From NCBI GenBank assembly GCA_021200935.1, contig JAJQFY010000087.1:1-23712 (forward strand): DNA of 23,712 nt, written 5' to 3'. The translations under genes and the position numbers were made by a program. The notes under the pieces were generated by a model. The model made no database searches and was not told the DNA's origin. It was given only the letters and a program-made list of their open reading frames with translations. This stretch comes from Oscillospiraceae bacterium (GTDB lineage: Bacteria; Bacillota; Clostridia; Oscillospirales; Oscillospiraceae). Position 1 is the stretch's first letter; each line of letters opens with the position of its first letter. This document shows, piece after piece, positions 1 through 7,881 of this stretch.

Positions 1-95
1 TGATCGCCACCGCTATGATGCGCTCCATCCCCGACGCCAACGCGGCTGACCGCGATTACATCCAGAAGAAGGACGAGGAGAAGGCCGACGCCTGA
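1..95 (+). CDS. 3' end of an unidentified protein gene (partial, enters from left edge)
   Basis: Open frame from the window edge (...IATAMMRSIPDANAADRDYIQKKDEEKADA*) with GC-rich third positions like neighbouring genes. TGA at 93-95. Confidence 0.5.
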   Translation, partial: IATAMMRSIPDANAADRDYIQKKDEEKADA

Positions 96-106
96 TTCCA
101 TTTATA

Positions 107-136
107 TTAACAAGCGCGTAAACACCATATTATAAT
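107..136 (+). promoter_or_regulatory. Sigma-70-like promoter for the 155..2572 operon
   Basis: TTAACA (107-112), 18-nt spacer, TATAAT (131-136), about 20 nt upstream of the start codon region. Confidence 0.4.
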
Positions 137-154
137 TGAAGGAGAACACACACC

Positions 155-937
155 ATGGGTCTTTTTGGAAAGAAAAAAGATACCGCACAAAAAAAAGATC
201 CTGTCATGACCGCGCCTGAAGCGCCTGTAGAGGCCGCCCCTGTGGCGGAGGCCGTCCCCATCACGGAGACCGCTCCCGCCCAGGAGACCGCTCCTGCGGC
301 GGCCGAGGCCCCTGCCGTGGCAGAGATCCCAGTGGAGGAAATTACTGTGGAAGAAGTCAAAAAGGAAGAAGAAACCCCTGAACTGACCGAAAAGGAAAAG
401 GGCAAGATCTACCAGGTTCGCATGAACTATCATGCCGGCTACGACCAGTATCGTGAGTGGCCGAACGGCGGCAAGACCATCCATTCCGGCATCGGCTGGT
501 TCCACCCCTTCGGCGTCAGCAACTACTACGGCATCCAGGACTGCGGCGAGGGCTACAACAAGGAAGCCGCTGATTTCCCCGTGGAGAAATACTTCACAGA
601 GGACTGGATGAAGCAGTTCGAGACTGATCTTTTCTGCATCTATCGGCAGGAGGACGGCGACATCTACGCCTGGGACGGCATGTTCGCCATTCGCGGCACC
701 GACCCCAACCAGTGCATTCTTTATAACTCCGTTTACACCCGCCAGGACGTGATCGTGAACGTGATCGTCGGCGGCACAGGCCGTTATGAGGGCGCCAGAG
801 GTCTGATGATCGGCACCACCGAGGGCGGCGGCGAAACGAAGGGCGTAGCCACCATGCCGGACGGCAATCCTCTGGAGCTGCCCGCCACCATCATCAAGCA
901 CCTTGAGGGCTTTATCCGTATCCCCGACAAGGAGTAA
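155..937 (+). CDS. Hypothetical protein: ~85-aa Pro/Ala/Glu/Thr-rich disordered N-terminus plus ~175-aa C-terminal domain with a dirigent/allene-oxide-cyclase-barrel-like motif
   Basis: 260-aa ORF. AGGAG sits 9 nt upstream of the ATG. The motif IVGGTGRYEGARG resembles the GGTGxFxxARG hallmark of dirigent/AOC beta-barrels (recalled, not searched). It lies 84 nt upstream of the flavoprotein gene with no terminator between them. Confidence 0.8.
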   Translation: MGLFGKKKDTAQKKDPVMTAPEAPVEAAPVAEAVPITETAPAQETAPAAAEAPAVAEIPVEEITVEEVKKEEETPELTEKEKGKIYQVRMNYHAGYDQYREWPNGGKTIHSGIGWFHPFGVSNYYGIQDCGEGYNKEAADFPVEKYFTEDWMKQFETDLFCIYRQEDGDIYAWDGMFAIRGTDPNQCILYNSVYTRQDVIVNVIVGGTGRYEGARGLMIGTTEGGGETKGVATMPDGNPLELPATIIKHLEGFIRIPDKE

Positions 938-1021
938 ATCAGGTAATCCCCAGGGGTCGATGAATAACATCGGCCCCCTTTATAAAAAAACATAGTTTTA
1001 ATCTTTAGGAGGAAACCTCAA

Positions 1022-2572
1022 ATGAAACACTTGGAAGCCGATATTTGCGTTGTCGGCGGCGGCCTGTCCGGCCTCACAGCGGCCACCCAGGCGGCGGAGA
1101 AGGGCGCGCAGGTCGTGGTCTTTGAAAAGAGCGGCACCACCGGCGGCGCGGCCAACATGGGCATGGCGTTCTTCGCCGTGGAGTCCCATGTCCAGCGTGA
1201 CCAGATGATCGAGTGGACGAAGGACGACGCCTTCAAGTTCACCATGGAGTACAACCACTGGAAGGCCGATGCCCAGACCGTCCGCCGCTGGTTTAATATG
1301 TCCGCCTCCACCGTGGAGTGGGTGGAAAACTTCGGCGTGGAGATCCTGGGCGCTTACAAATACTTCCAGGACAGCCACATCACCCAGCACATGATCAAGC
1401 TCCCCGGCGCCAACAAGCCCGCCGAGCGCCAGGCCAGCCACATGGTCAAGCTGATGACCGACTACGCAAACTCCATGGGCGTGGACTTCCACTTCCGCAC
1501 CCCCGCCCGTGAGCTGATCGTGGGCGACAAGGGCCAGGTTCTGGGCGTGATCGCCGTGGACGAGAGCGGCGAGGAGGTCGAGTGCCTGGCGGACGCCGTC
1601 ATCATCGGCACCGGCGGCATCGGCAACAACGTGGAGATGATCAAGGAGTACCTGGGCTTCACCTGGGGCAAGGATATGTTCACCTTCCGCATCCCCGGCC
1701 TGGACGGCGACGGCATGAAGATGGCCTGGAAGATCGGCGCCACCAAGGCCCCCATCTCCATGGAAGTGACCTACAACACCCCCGGCACCACCGACGTGTT
1801 CAAGACCCTGTCCGAGGCCATGCGCCAGCCCTCCACCATCATGGTGAACATCCACGGCGAGCGCATCATCAACGAGCAGATCATGAACAACACTACCTTC
1901 ACCGGCAACGCCATCAACGCCCAGGCGGGCCACCGCGCCTTCTCCATCATCGGCCAGGACGGCATCGACTACATGAAGGAGCATGGCCTGGACTACATCA
2001 CCTATCACCACGCGGTGAAGGACCTGAACAAGTGGGAGCATGAGAAGGAGCTGTACTTCTCCGGCGTGAAGTCCGCCGCCGAGAACAGCGTCTTCATGGC
2101 CGACAACGGCGTTCAGTATCAGGACGAGAACGAGCCTCAGGAGAACAACTTCTATGAGTGCAGCAGCCTGGAGGAGGTCTGCGAGGTGACGGGCATCGAC
2201 CTGAAGACCCTGAAGAAGACCATCGAGCGGTACAACAGCTTCGCCGGCGGCTACGACGCCGACTTCTGCAAGCCCGCCCGCTGGCTGCGGCCCATCACCG
2301 GCGACAAGTACTATGTGGCCCGCCACTTCCCCTCCGGCTACGGCTCTCTGGGCGGCATCAAGGTCAACCACGACATGAAGGTTCTCCGGGAGTCCGACGA
2401 CTGCCCCATCCCCGGCCTGTTCGCCTGCGGCACCGACACCGCCAACGTGGTGTTCGGCGGCGAGTACTGCTTCTATAACCCCGGCTCCACCATGAGCTGG
2501 GCCCTGAACTCCGGCCGCATGGCCGGCATGGAAGCATGGGACTATATTGAAGGCGACGACTTCGTAGAATAA
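1022..2572 (+). CDS. FAD-dependent oxidoreductase, fumarate reductase/urocanate reductase/KstD-like flavoprotein family (cytoplasmic, no signal peptide)
   Basis: 516 aa. N-terminal dinucleotide fold DICVVGGGLSGLTAATQAAEKGAQVVVFEKSGTTGGAA and C-terminal GLFACGTDT FAD motif. RBS TAGGAGGAAA. Confidence 0.93.
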   Translation: MKHLEADICVVGGGLSGLTAATQAAEKGAQVVVFEKSGTTGGAANMGMAFFAVESHVQRDQMIEWTKDDAFKFTMEYNHWKADAQTVRRWFNMSASTVEWVENFGVEILGAYKYFQDSHITQHMIKLPGANKPAERQASHMVKLMTDYANSMGVDFHFRTPARELIVGDKGQVLGVIAVDESGEEVECLADAVIIGTGGIGNNVEMIKEYLGFTWGKDMFTFRIPGLDGDGMKMAWKIGATKAPISMEVTYNTPGTTDVFKTLSEAMRQPSTIMVNIHGERIINEQIMNNTTFTGNAINAQAGHRAFSIIGQDGIDYMKEHGLDYITYHHAVKDLNKWEHEKELYFSGVKSAAENSVFMADNGVQYQDENEPQENNFYECSSLEEVCEVTGIDLKTLKKTIERYNSFAGGYDADFCKPARWLRPITGDKYYVARHFPSGYGSLGGIKVNHDMKVLRESDDCPIPGLFACGTDTANVVFGGEYCFYNPGSTMSWALNSGRMAGMEAWDYIEGDDFVE

Positions 2573-2588
2573 CATTTATACTGCTTCA

Positions 2589-2625
2589 AAAAGAGTGGAC
2601 TGCTTTTGCAGCCCACTCTTTTTTA
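2589..2625 (+). terminator. Rho-independent terminator of the 155..2572 operon
   Basis: Stem AGAGTGG (2592-2598) pairs with CCACTCT (2613-2619), with an inner TGC/GCA pair, followed by a T6 run. Confidence 0.75.
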
Positions 2626-2626
2626 C

Positions 2627-2738
2627 GGGGGCGGCGGGTCTTTTGTCCGCTGAGCTTCGTTGGGCCTCCTCGACGTACACACGGTACGCTTTCGTCGGCC
2701 CGCCTCGTCAGCGAACAAAATCCCTCGCCGCGCATAAT
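2627..2738 (+). repeat. Structured palindromic intergenic element, copy A (REP-like, three-tier hairpin)
   Basis: Outer arms are 2631-2653 and 2708-2731, middle stem GGGCC/GGCCC, inner stem CGTAC/GTACG. Homologous to 7882..7992. Confidence 0.8.
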
Positions 2739-2892
2739 CGGACACCTTAAATTATAGTCTAGCTGGTGGATTTTTTCGTTTGGTGTTGTCGGACACCTTA
2801 AATTTTAGTCTGGCTGTTGGATTTTTTCGTTTGTTATTGTCGGACAGACTGAATTGTAGGTTGGCGTATAAAAATTTTTCGTTTGGCATTAT
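2739..2892 (+). repeat. Tandem 51-bp direct repeats (3 units, third degenerate), each starting CGGACA
   Basis: Units at 2739-2789 and 2790-2840 are nearly identical. The unit at 2841-2892 has diverged. Confidence 0.85.
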
Positions 2893-2977
2893 TTGAGGTT
2901 TTTGGCCCTGATGCTCGCGCTTCGCGCTTGCATGGCGGGGTTTTTCTGCGTTTGACTTCAAAATAATTTTTTTATCC

Positions 2978-3004
2978 TGAGACCGTTTGGGTTGTTGCGG
3001 CGTC
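2978..3004 (+). promoter_or_regulatory. Candidate ECF-type (autoregulated) promoter of the sigma/anti-sigma operon
   Basis: TGAGAC-N17-CGTC(TTA) about 40 nt upstream of the sigma start. Resembles the GAAC-N16/17-CGTC ECF consensus and the site at 8497. Confidence 0.35.
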
Positions 3005-3044
3005 TTATTTACAGACCGGTCAAGATGAGGAAAGGAGGTGTGCC

Positions 3045-3539
3045 ATGACCCGGGAATCCGCTGCGACGCCTGCCTATGGCGGCATTATGGAGCTTTACGA
3101 GGCCCACAAGCAGATGGTCTATCGCCTGGCCCTGAGCTACACGAAATCCCCCCAGGACGCGGAGGACGTGTGCCAGACGGCGTTTTTGCGGCTGCTGGAG
3201 CATCGCGGGGAGATCACCCCCGGCAAGGAGCGGCAGTGGCTGGGGTCGGTGACGGCCAACCTCTGCAAAAGCCTTCTCCGCTCCGCCTGGCGGCGGAAGA
3301 CCCAGCCGTTGGACGACCTGGATCTGCCCTTCGACGCCCCGGGGGAAAACGAGGTGTTCCAGGCGGTGATGTCCCTGAAGGAGGAGGAACGGGCCGTGGT
3401 GTATCTCTATTACTACGAGGGCTATTCCACCGCCGAGGTGGGCGAAATGCTGGGGCTGAAGCGCTCCACCGTGTCCACCCGGCTGGACAGGGCCAGAAAG
3501 CGATTGAAATCGAAATTGGAGGCTGACTATGCAGGATAA
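3045..3539 (+). CDS. RNA polymerase sigma-70 factor, ECF subfamily
   Basis: 164 aa. Region 2 (VYRLALSYTKSPQDAEDVCQTAFLRLL) and region 4 HTH (YYEGYSTAEVGEMLGLKRSTVSTRLDRARKRL). RBS AGGAGG. Confidence 0.95.
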   Translation: MTRESAATPAYGGIMELYEAHKQMVYRLALSYTKSPQDAEDVCQTAFLRLLEHRGEITPGKERQWLGSVTANLCKSLLRSAWRRKTQPLDDLDLPFDAPGENEVFQAVMSLKEEERAVVYLYYYEGYSTAEVGEMLGLKRSTVSTRLDRARKRLKSKLEADYAG

Positions 3540-4623
3540 AATTCGCGGCGCGTTCGACAAAATCACGCTGCCAGCCGACGCGGACGAGCGCATCCGGCGG
3601 ACGCTGGCGGAGGCGGCCTCCCAGCCGAAGAAGGAGGCCATTCAAATGCAGAAAAATCACAGGCGCAAGGCGCCCAAGCTTGCCGTGGCGCTGGCTGCGG
3701 CGGTGTGCGTGCTGACCGTGTCCGCCCTGGCCCTGGCCATCTCCCGGGTGGAGCTGGTATCCACAGACCTGGGGGACTACATCGAGGTGGATTTCCAGGC
3801 CACGGACGAGGATTATGTGGAGCTGGGCAACTGGTACCCCGGCGAAATACCGGCGGGCTACACCCTCAGCTTCGTGTCCGACCCGGCCTACGGCTATCAG
3901 ACCATCCGCTTTGAAAACGGGGACGGGCATTATATCACCCTGTCTGTCCAGGGCGACATCGAGGGCGGCCAGGTGACGATGGACAACGTCACCGACACCC
4001 AGTCCGTTACTGTCGGCGAGGCGGATGGGATCCTCTACACCACCGCCGCGGAGCGGCTGCTGTTCTGGACGGACGGGGCCAGGGGCCTGGGCTTCTCCCT
4101 GGCCACAGACGACGACACCGCAGACCTGACAGCCATAGCGGAGAGCGTGGAGGAGCTGGACGAGGCCCTGACCCCCACCCTGTCCGGCGGCTACAGCCAG
4201 GCCCTGGCGGATCTGGGGGACTACCAGATCACCCCGCCGGAGGGCTATGAGCAGGCCAGCTTCACCGCCTCCCCCCTGTCCAGCGGCGGCGGCTGGTACG
4301 CCTATGTGCGCTATACCTACGAAAACAGCGGCCACGACGAGCTGCGCTTCAGCTATGAGAGCTACAATCTCACAGAGGGCGCGGGGACTGGCGTGGAGTT
4401 TGGCAACACCCCGGAATACGTTCTCTCCCTCCAGGCCGGGGGACGCGGCTACACCGCCGCCGCCGTGAACGGCGGGCTGGCCGCCTATTACGCCCTGGGC
4501 GACGACTATTATGGTCTTTCCTGGGTGGACACGGAAAGCTGCCTTGTGTTCCTGCTCACCTCAGACACCCTGACCATGGAGGAGCTGGTGGAGATTGCGG
4601 AAACCATGACGCTGAACGGATAA
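3529..4623 (+). CDS. Putative anti-sigma factor: short cytoplasmic N-terminus, one TM helix, two DUF4367-like extracytoplasmic domains
   Basis: Overlaps the sigma gene by 11 nt. GGAGG lies 7 nt upstream. TM segment LAVALAAAVCVLTVSALALAI. Two similar modules (PAGYTLSF.. and PEGYEQASF..). Confidence 0.85.
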   Translation: MQDKIRGAFDKITLPADADERIRRTLAEAASQPKKEAIQMQKNHRRKAPKLAVALAAAVCVLTVSALALAISRVELVSTDLGDYIEVDFQATDEDYVELGNWYPGEIPAGYTLSFVSDPAYGYQTIRFENGDGHYITLSVQGDIEGGQVTMDNVTDTQSVTVGEADGILYTTAAERLLFWTDGARGLGFSLATDDDTADLTAIAESVEELDEALTPTLSGGYSQALADLGDYQITPPEGYEQASFTASPLSSGGGWYAYVRYTYENSGHDELRFSYESYNLTEGAGTGVEFGNTPEYVLSLQAGGRGYTAAAVNGGLAAYYALGDDYYGLSWVDTESCLVFLLTSDTLTMEELVEIAETMTLNG

Positions 4624-4642
4624 TCTGTCCCGCCAATGCTTT

Positions 4643-4682
4643 AAGGCCCTGTCAAACCGCAGCGGTTTGACAGGGCCTTTCT
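4643..4682. terminator. Bidirectional terminator hairpin between convergent genes
   Basis: 18-bp perfect stem AAGGCCCTGTCAAACCGC / GCGGTTTGACAGGGCCTT followed by TTTC. Confidence 0.8.
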
Positions 4683-4698
4683 GTATGTTGGTTCCTAT

Positions 4699-5589
4699 TT
4701 ATTCAGGTTCCCGCTCGTCCCCCATAAAGAAGGCCGCCACCGTTCCCGGCCCGCAGTGGGCGGCGATAATGGTGCCGATGTCGAACAGGGGGATGTCCTT
4801 CACACGGGGGTAATGCTCCTTCAGGGTCTCCCGGAAGGGCTGGGCAATATCCGGGCAGTTGGAGTGGCAGACCCAGAGCTTGCCGTCATAGTCCCGGCCA
4901 TTTTGAATGTGTTTATCTATGGTCTCGATGGTGGTGCGGACGGCGGCGGGTCTGCCCCGCACCTTGCCGTAGGCGATAATGCGGCCCCGGTCATCCAGCC
5001 GCATGATGGGGCATATGTTCAAAATGGTGGCGATGGTGGCCGTGGGGCCGGACACCCGCCCGCTGCGCCGGAACATGGTCATATCCGTGGAGAAAAACTG
5101 ATGATGCACCCGGTTTCGGTTGGCCAGAAGCCACTGCTCCGTCTCCTCAATGGTGCAGCCACGATCCCGCATATCCGCCGCCTCGTCCACCAGCAGGCCG
5201 TAGCCGGAGGAGCTGCACAGGGAATCCACCACCACCAGCTTTCGGTTGGGGTACTCCTCCCGCAGCTCCTCCGCCGCCAGAAGGGCGTTGTTCACCGAGG
5301 CGGACATCCCGGAGCCGAAGGCCACATGGAGCAGGTCGCCCTTTTCAAGCTGCTCCGCGAAAAAGTCCCGGTACTGCTGGATGTTCACCTGGCTGGTGGA
5401 GGGAAGCTTGCCCTCTCTCAGCATTTCATAAAACCGGGGCAGGGCCTGGGGATCCCGGCCAATGTCGTCCGGGTACGCCTGGCCGTCCACCGTGTAGGAA
5501 TAGAAAATCACCGGCACGTCCCGCTCCTCCATATAGGAATAGGGTACGTCCACCGTAGAGCCGCAGGTCAGGATAAACTTGCCGCGCAT
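4699..5589 (-). CDS. DegV family fatty-acid-binding protein (FakB-like)
   Basis: 296 aa with typical DegV layout (ILTCGSTVDVP..., PSTSQVN, SSGYG). RBS AGGAGG. Confidence 0.95.
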   Translation of the reverse strand: MRGKFILTCGSTVDVPYSYMEERDVPVIFYSYTVDGQAYPDDIGRDPQALPRFYEMLREGKLPSTSQVNIQQYRDFFAEQLEKGDLLHVAFGSGMSASVNNALLAAEELREEYPNRKLVVVDSLCSSSGYGLLVDEAADMRDRGCTIEETEQWLLANRNRVHHQFFSTDMTMFRRSGRVSGPTATIATILNICPIMRLDDRGRIIAYGKVRGRPAAVRTTIETIDKHIQNGRDYDGKLWVCHSNCPDIAQPFRETLKEHYPRVKDIPLFDIGTIIAAHCGPGTVAAFFMGDEREPE

Positions 5590-5755
5590 ACTGTCGCCTC
5601 CTGTTATGTTTCTTACAGCTTTGCTTATTTTGTATTATACATGAATTTGGGGAATTATGCTATACCCCTGTGAAATTTTCCCCGGTTTTTGCCCGCTTCT
5701 GACCGAATCACAAGAAATTCTTCCAGCCGGGATAGATTTTTGTGTTAATATCCGC

Positions 5756-5783
5756 TTGCACAATCAGGTATTTATGGTATAAT
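5756..5783 (+). promoter_or_regulatory. Sigma-70-like promoter of the enoate-reductase-type gene
   Basis: TTGCAC-N16-TATAAT with TG-extended -10 (TGGTATAAT). Confidence 0.5.
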
Positions 5784-5857
5784 ATCTAAATAGGATAGGA
5801 AATTAGCGCGAATCCCTAAGACTTACAGGAAACTATACATATAGGAGCATTGGAAGC

Positions 5858-7828
5858 ATGGAAAGAAAATATCCCACGATGTTCAGCCCCATTACCATCG
5901 GCGCGAGAGGCCGCTGGCCGGGGATCATCTTCAAAAACCGCATTTGGACGGCCCCTACCGGCGCCCATCTGCTGGGGGCCGGGGAGCCGTACCCCAACGA
6001 GGCGGTTATCGCCCACTACCGGGAGAAGGCCCGGGGCGGCGCGGCCTGCATCACCTTCTCCGCCCAGAATATGGACCGCTGGCTGGTGGGCCACCCGGAT
6101 GAGTTCCACTCTGACCCGGACATCTTCAATATGCAGTACCACAACTACTGGTACCGCCTGACCAGCGCCGTCCACTTCTTCGACGCCAAGATCAGCCTGG
6201 AGCTGCTGGCCTTCTCCCGCCATGAGGAGATCGACGGCCAGGTGGTCTGCTGGTCCGTCAACGGCGAGAACGACGAGGAGGCCGGCGAGTGGTGTCCCGC
6301 GCTGGACAAGGCCGCCATGGAGCGTATGTGCGCCGACTATGCCCAGGCCGCGAAAAACGCCGTTCGCGTGGGCTTCGACATGATCATGCTCCACCTGGGC
6401 CACGGCACCTTCCCCGCCCAGTTCCTCAGCCCCCTGTCCAACCAGCGGACAGACGAGTTCGGCGGCTCCCGGGAGAACCGCGCCCGCTTCCCCATGATGC
6501 TCATCAAGGCCGTGCGCGACGCGGTCGGCCCCCGCGTGCCCATCGAGGTGCGCGTCTCCGGCGACGAGCTGACCGAGGGCGGCGGCACCATCGACGACTG
6601 CATTGACTTCCTCAAGCGGGTGGAGGAGGACATCGACATCGCCCATGTCTCCTGCGGCACCGTGATGGACGACGTGACCCAGACCCGTATGCACCCGGTG
6701 GAGTTCTATCCCGCCGGTGTCAACAAGGAATTTGCCCGCCAGGTCAAGGAATCCGGCTTCTCCAAGCCCGTGCTGACCATCGGCGCGTTCCAGAAGCCCG
6801 ATTTGATTGAGGAGACCCTCTCCACTGGCGGGGCGGACATCGTGGCCATGGCCCGGGGTACCATTGTGGACGCCCAGTGCGTCAACAAGGCCGCGGAGGG
6901 CCGGGAGGATGAGATCATCCCCTGCCTGAAGTGCTTCGTCTGCCTAAGCTACGACATGGAGGAGGAGTTCTGCTGCTCCGGCAACCCCACTGTGGGCCGT
7001 GAGTACATCCTTGACCAGTTCGAGAACAAAAATTCTACCCCCAAGCGTGTGGCGGTCATCGGCGGCGGCCCCGCCGGCATGGCGGCGGCCCAGTTCTGCA
7101 CCGAGCGGGGCCACAAGGTCACGCTGTACGAAAAGGACGACAAGCTGGGCGGCACCATCAACTTCGCCAAGTACGCCTCCTTTAAATACTCCCTGAATGA
7201 CTACATGAACTACCGCATCGGCATGATGAAGAAGCTGAATGTGGACGTGCGTCTGGGCGTGGAGGCCACCCCGGAGATGATCGAGGCGGAGCATTACGAT
7301 GTGGTCATGACCGCTCTCGGCGCCTCCAACATCGTGTTGCCCATCCCCGGCCACGACGACCCCCGTGTCATGTGCGCGGTGGACGTGTTCGGCCATGCGG
7401 ACGAGATCGGCCAGAAGGTCGTCCTCATCGGCGGCGGCGAGGTGGGCTGCGAGGCCGCCCTGTACCTGGCTATGGAGCAGGGCAAGGACGTATCCATTAT
7501 CGAGATGATGGACCGCATTGCCGCCACCTCCGCCTACGCCCAGGAGCTGGCCCTGTACGACCGTGTTCCCAAGTACTGCCACCTGTACCTGTCCAGCCCC
7601 GTGACCCAGATCACTCCCACTCAGGTGGGCTACAAGGGCACCGACGGCATCGAGCATTTCCTGGACGCGGACACCGTGGTGTTCTCCTCTGGCCGGAAGC
7701 CCCTGGAGGATCAGGCGGAGAAGTTCCGCAACTGCGCCCCCAAGTTCTTTAAGCTGGGCGACTGCCTGAAAGCCTCCAACATCCGCAACGCCAACCGCAC
7801 AGCTTACGACGCTGCCGCTCAGATTTAA
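5858..7828 (+). CDS. NADH:flavin oxidoreductase of the 2-enoate reductase / 2,4-dienoyl-CoA reductase family (OYE-like FMN domain, 4Fe-4S Cys cluster, FAD/NAD(P) domain)
   Basis: 656 aa. OYE-like N-terminal half, Cys motif CLKCFVCLS...CCSGNP, then VAVIGGGPAGMAAAQFCTERGHKVTLYEKDDKLGGT and a second VVLIGGGEVGCEAA Rossmann motif. Confidence 0.93.
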   Translation: MERKYPTMFSPITIGARGRWPGIIFKNRIWTAPTGAHLLGAGEPYPNEAVIAHYREKARGGAACITFSAQNMDRWLVGHPDEFHSDPDIFNMQYHNYWYRLTSAVHFFDAKISLELLAFSRHEEIDGQVVCWSVNGENDEEAGEWCPALDKAAMERMCADYAQAAKNAVRVGFDMIMLHLGHGTFPAQFLSPLSNQRTDEFGGSRENRARFPMMLIKAVRDAVGPRVPIEVRVSGDELTEGGGTIDDCIDFLKRVEEDIDIAHVSCGTVMDDVTQTRMHPVEFYPAGVNKEFARQVKESGFSKPVLTIGAFQKPDLIEETLSTGGADIVAMARGTIVDAQCVNKAAEGREDEIIPCLKCFVCLSYDMEEEFCCSGNPTVGREYILDQFENKNSTPKRVAVIGGGPAGMAAAQFCTERGHKVTLYEKDDKLGGTINFAKYASFKYSLNDYMNYRIGMMKKLNVDVRLGVEATPEMIEAEHYDVVMTALGASNIVLPIPGHDDPRVMCAVDVFGHADEIGQKVVLIGGGEVGCEAALYLAMEQGKDVSIIEMMDRIAATSAYAQELALYDRVPKYCHLYLSSPVTQITPTQVGYKGTDGIEHFLDADTVVFSSGRKPLEDQAEKFRNCAPKFFKLGDCLKASNIRNANRTAYDAAAQI

Positions 7829-7841
7829 ATAAATCCTTTGC

Positions 7842-7881
7842 GGGGCCTCCCCAAAACTTCCGTTTTGAGGAGGCCCCTTTC
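7842..7881 (+). terminator. Rho-independent terminator
   Basis: GGGGCCTCCCCAAAAC / GTTTTGAGGAGGCCCC stem followed by TTTC. Confidence 0.8.

Noticed and set aside
998-2575. 525-aa minus-strand ORF antisense to the FAD oxidoreductase. Similar long antisense ORFs occur at 107..970, 3214..4335, 4756..5673, 5816..6694, 6944..7657, 9128..10840, 11252..12616, 14802..15773, 17245..18927 and 22807..23682.
   Set aside because: These are typical high-GC shadow ORFs. Their products are Gly/Ala/Val/His/Arg/Pro-rich low-complexity strings without recognisable motifs or SD sequences. In every case the opposite strand carries a gene with clear family signatures.
2627-2738. Integron attC-like site, considered because it is an imperfect palindrome at the 3' end of genes.
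   Set aside because: I found no R''/R' core sites (RYYYAAC/GTTRRRY) at the arm ends and no integrase. The intervening DNA (5 kb, mixed orientation, genes with their own promoters) does not look like cassettes.
2739-2892. Possible CRISPR array.
   Set aside because: The 51-bp units are directly adjacent with no unique spacers, the units are degenerate, and no cas genes are present in the window.
2752-2961. 69-aa minus-strand ORF across the 51-bp tandem repeats.
   Set aside because: The protein sequence simply repeats with the DNA repeat (..KRKNPTARLKFKVSDN..KRKNPPARL). There is no SD, and the region is intergenic repeat DNA.
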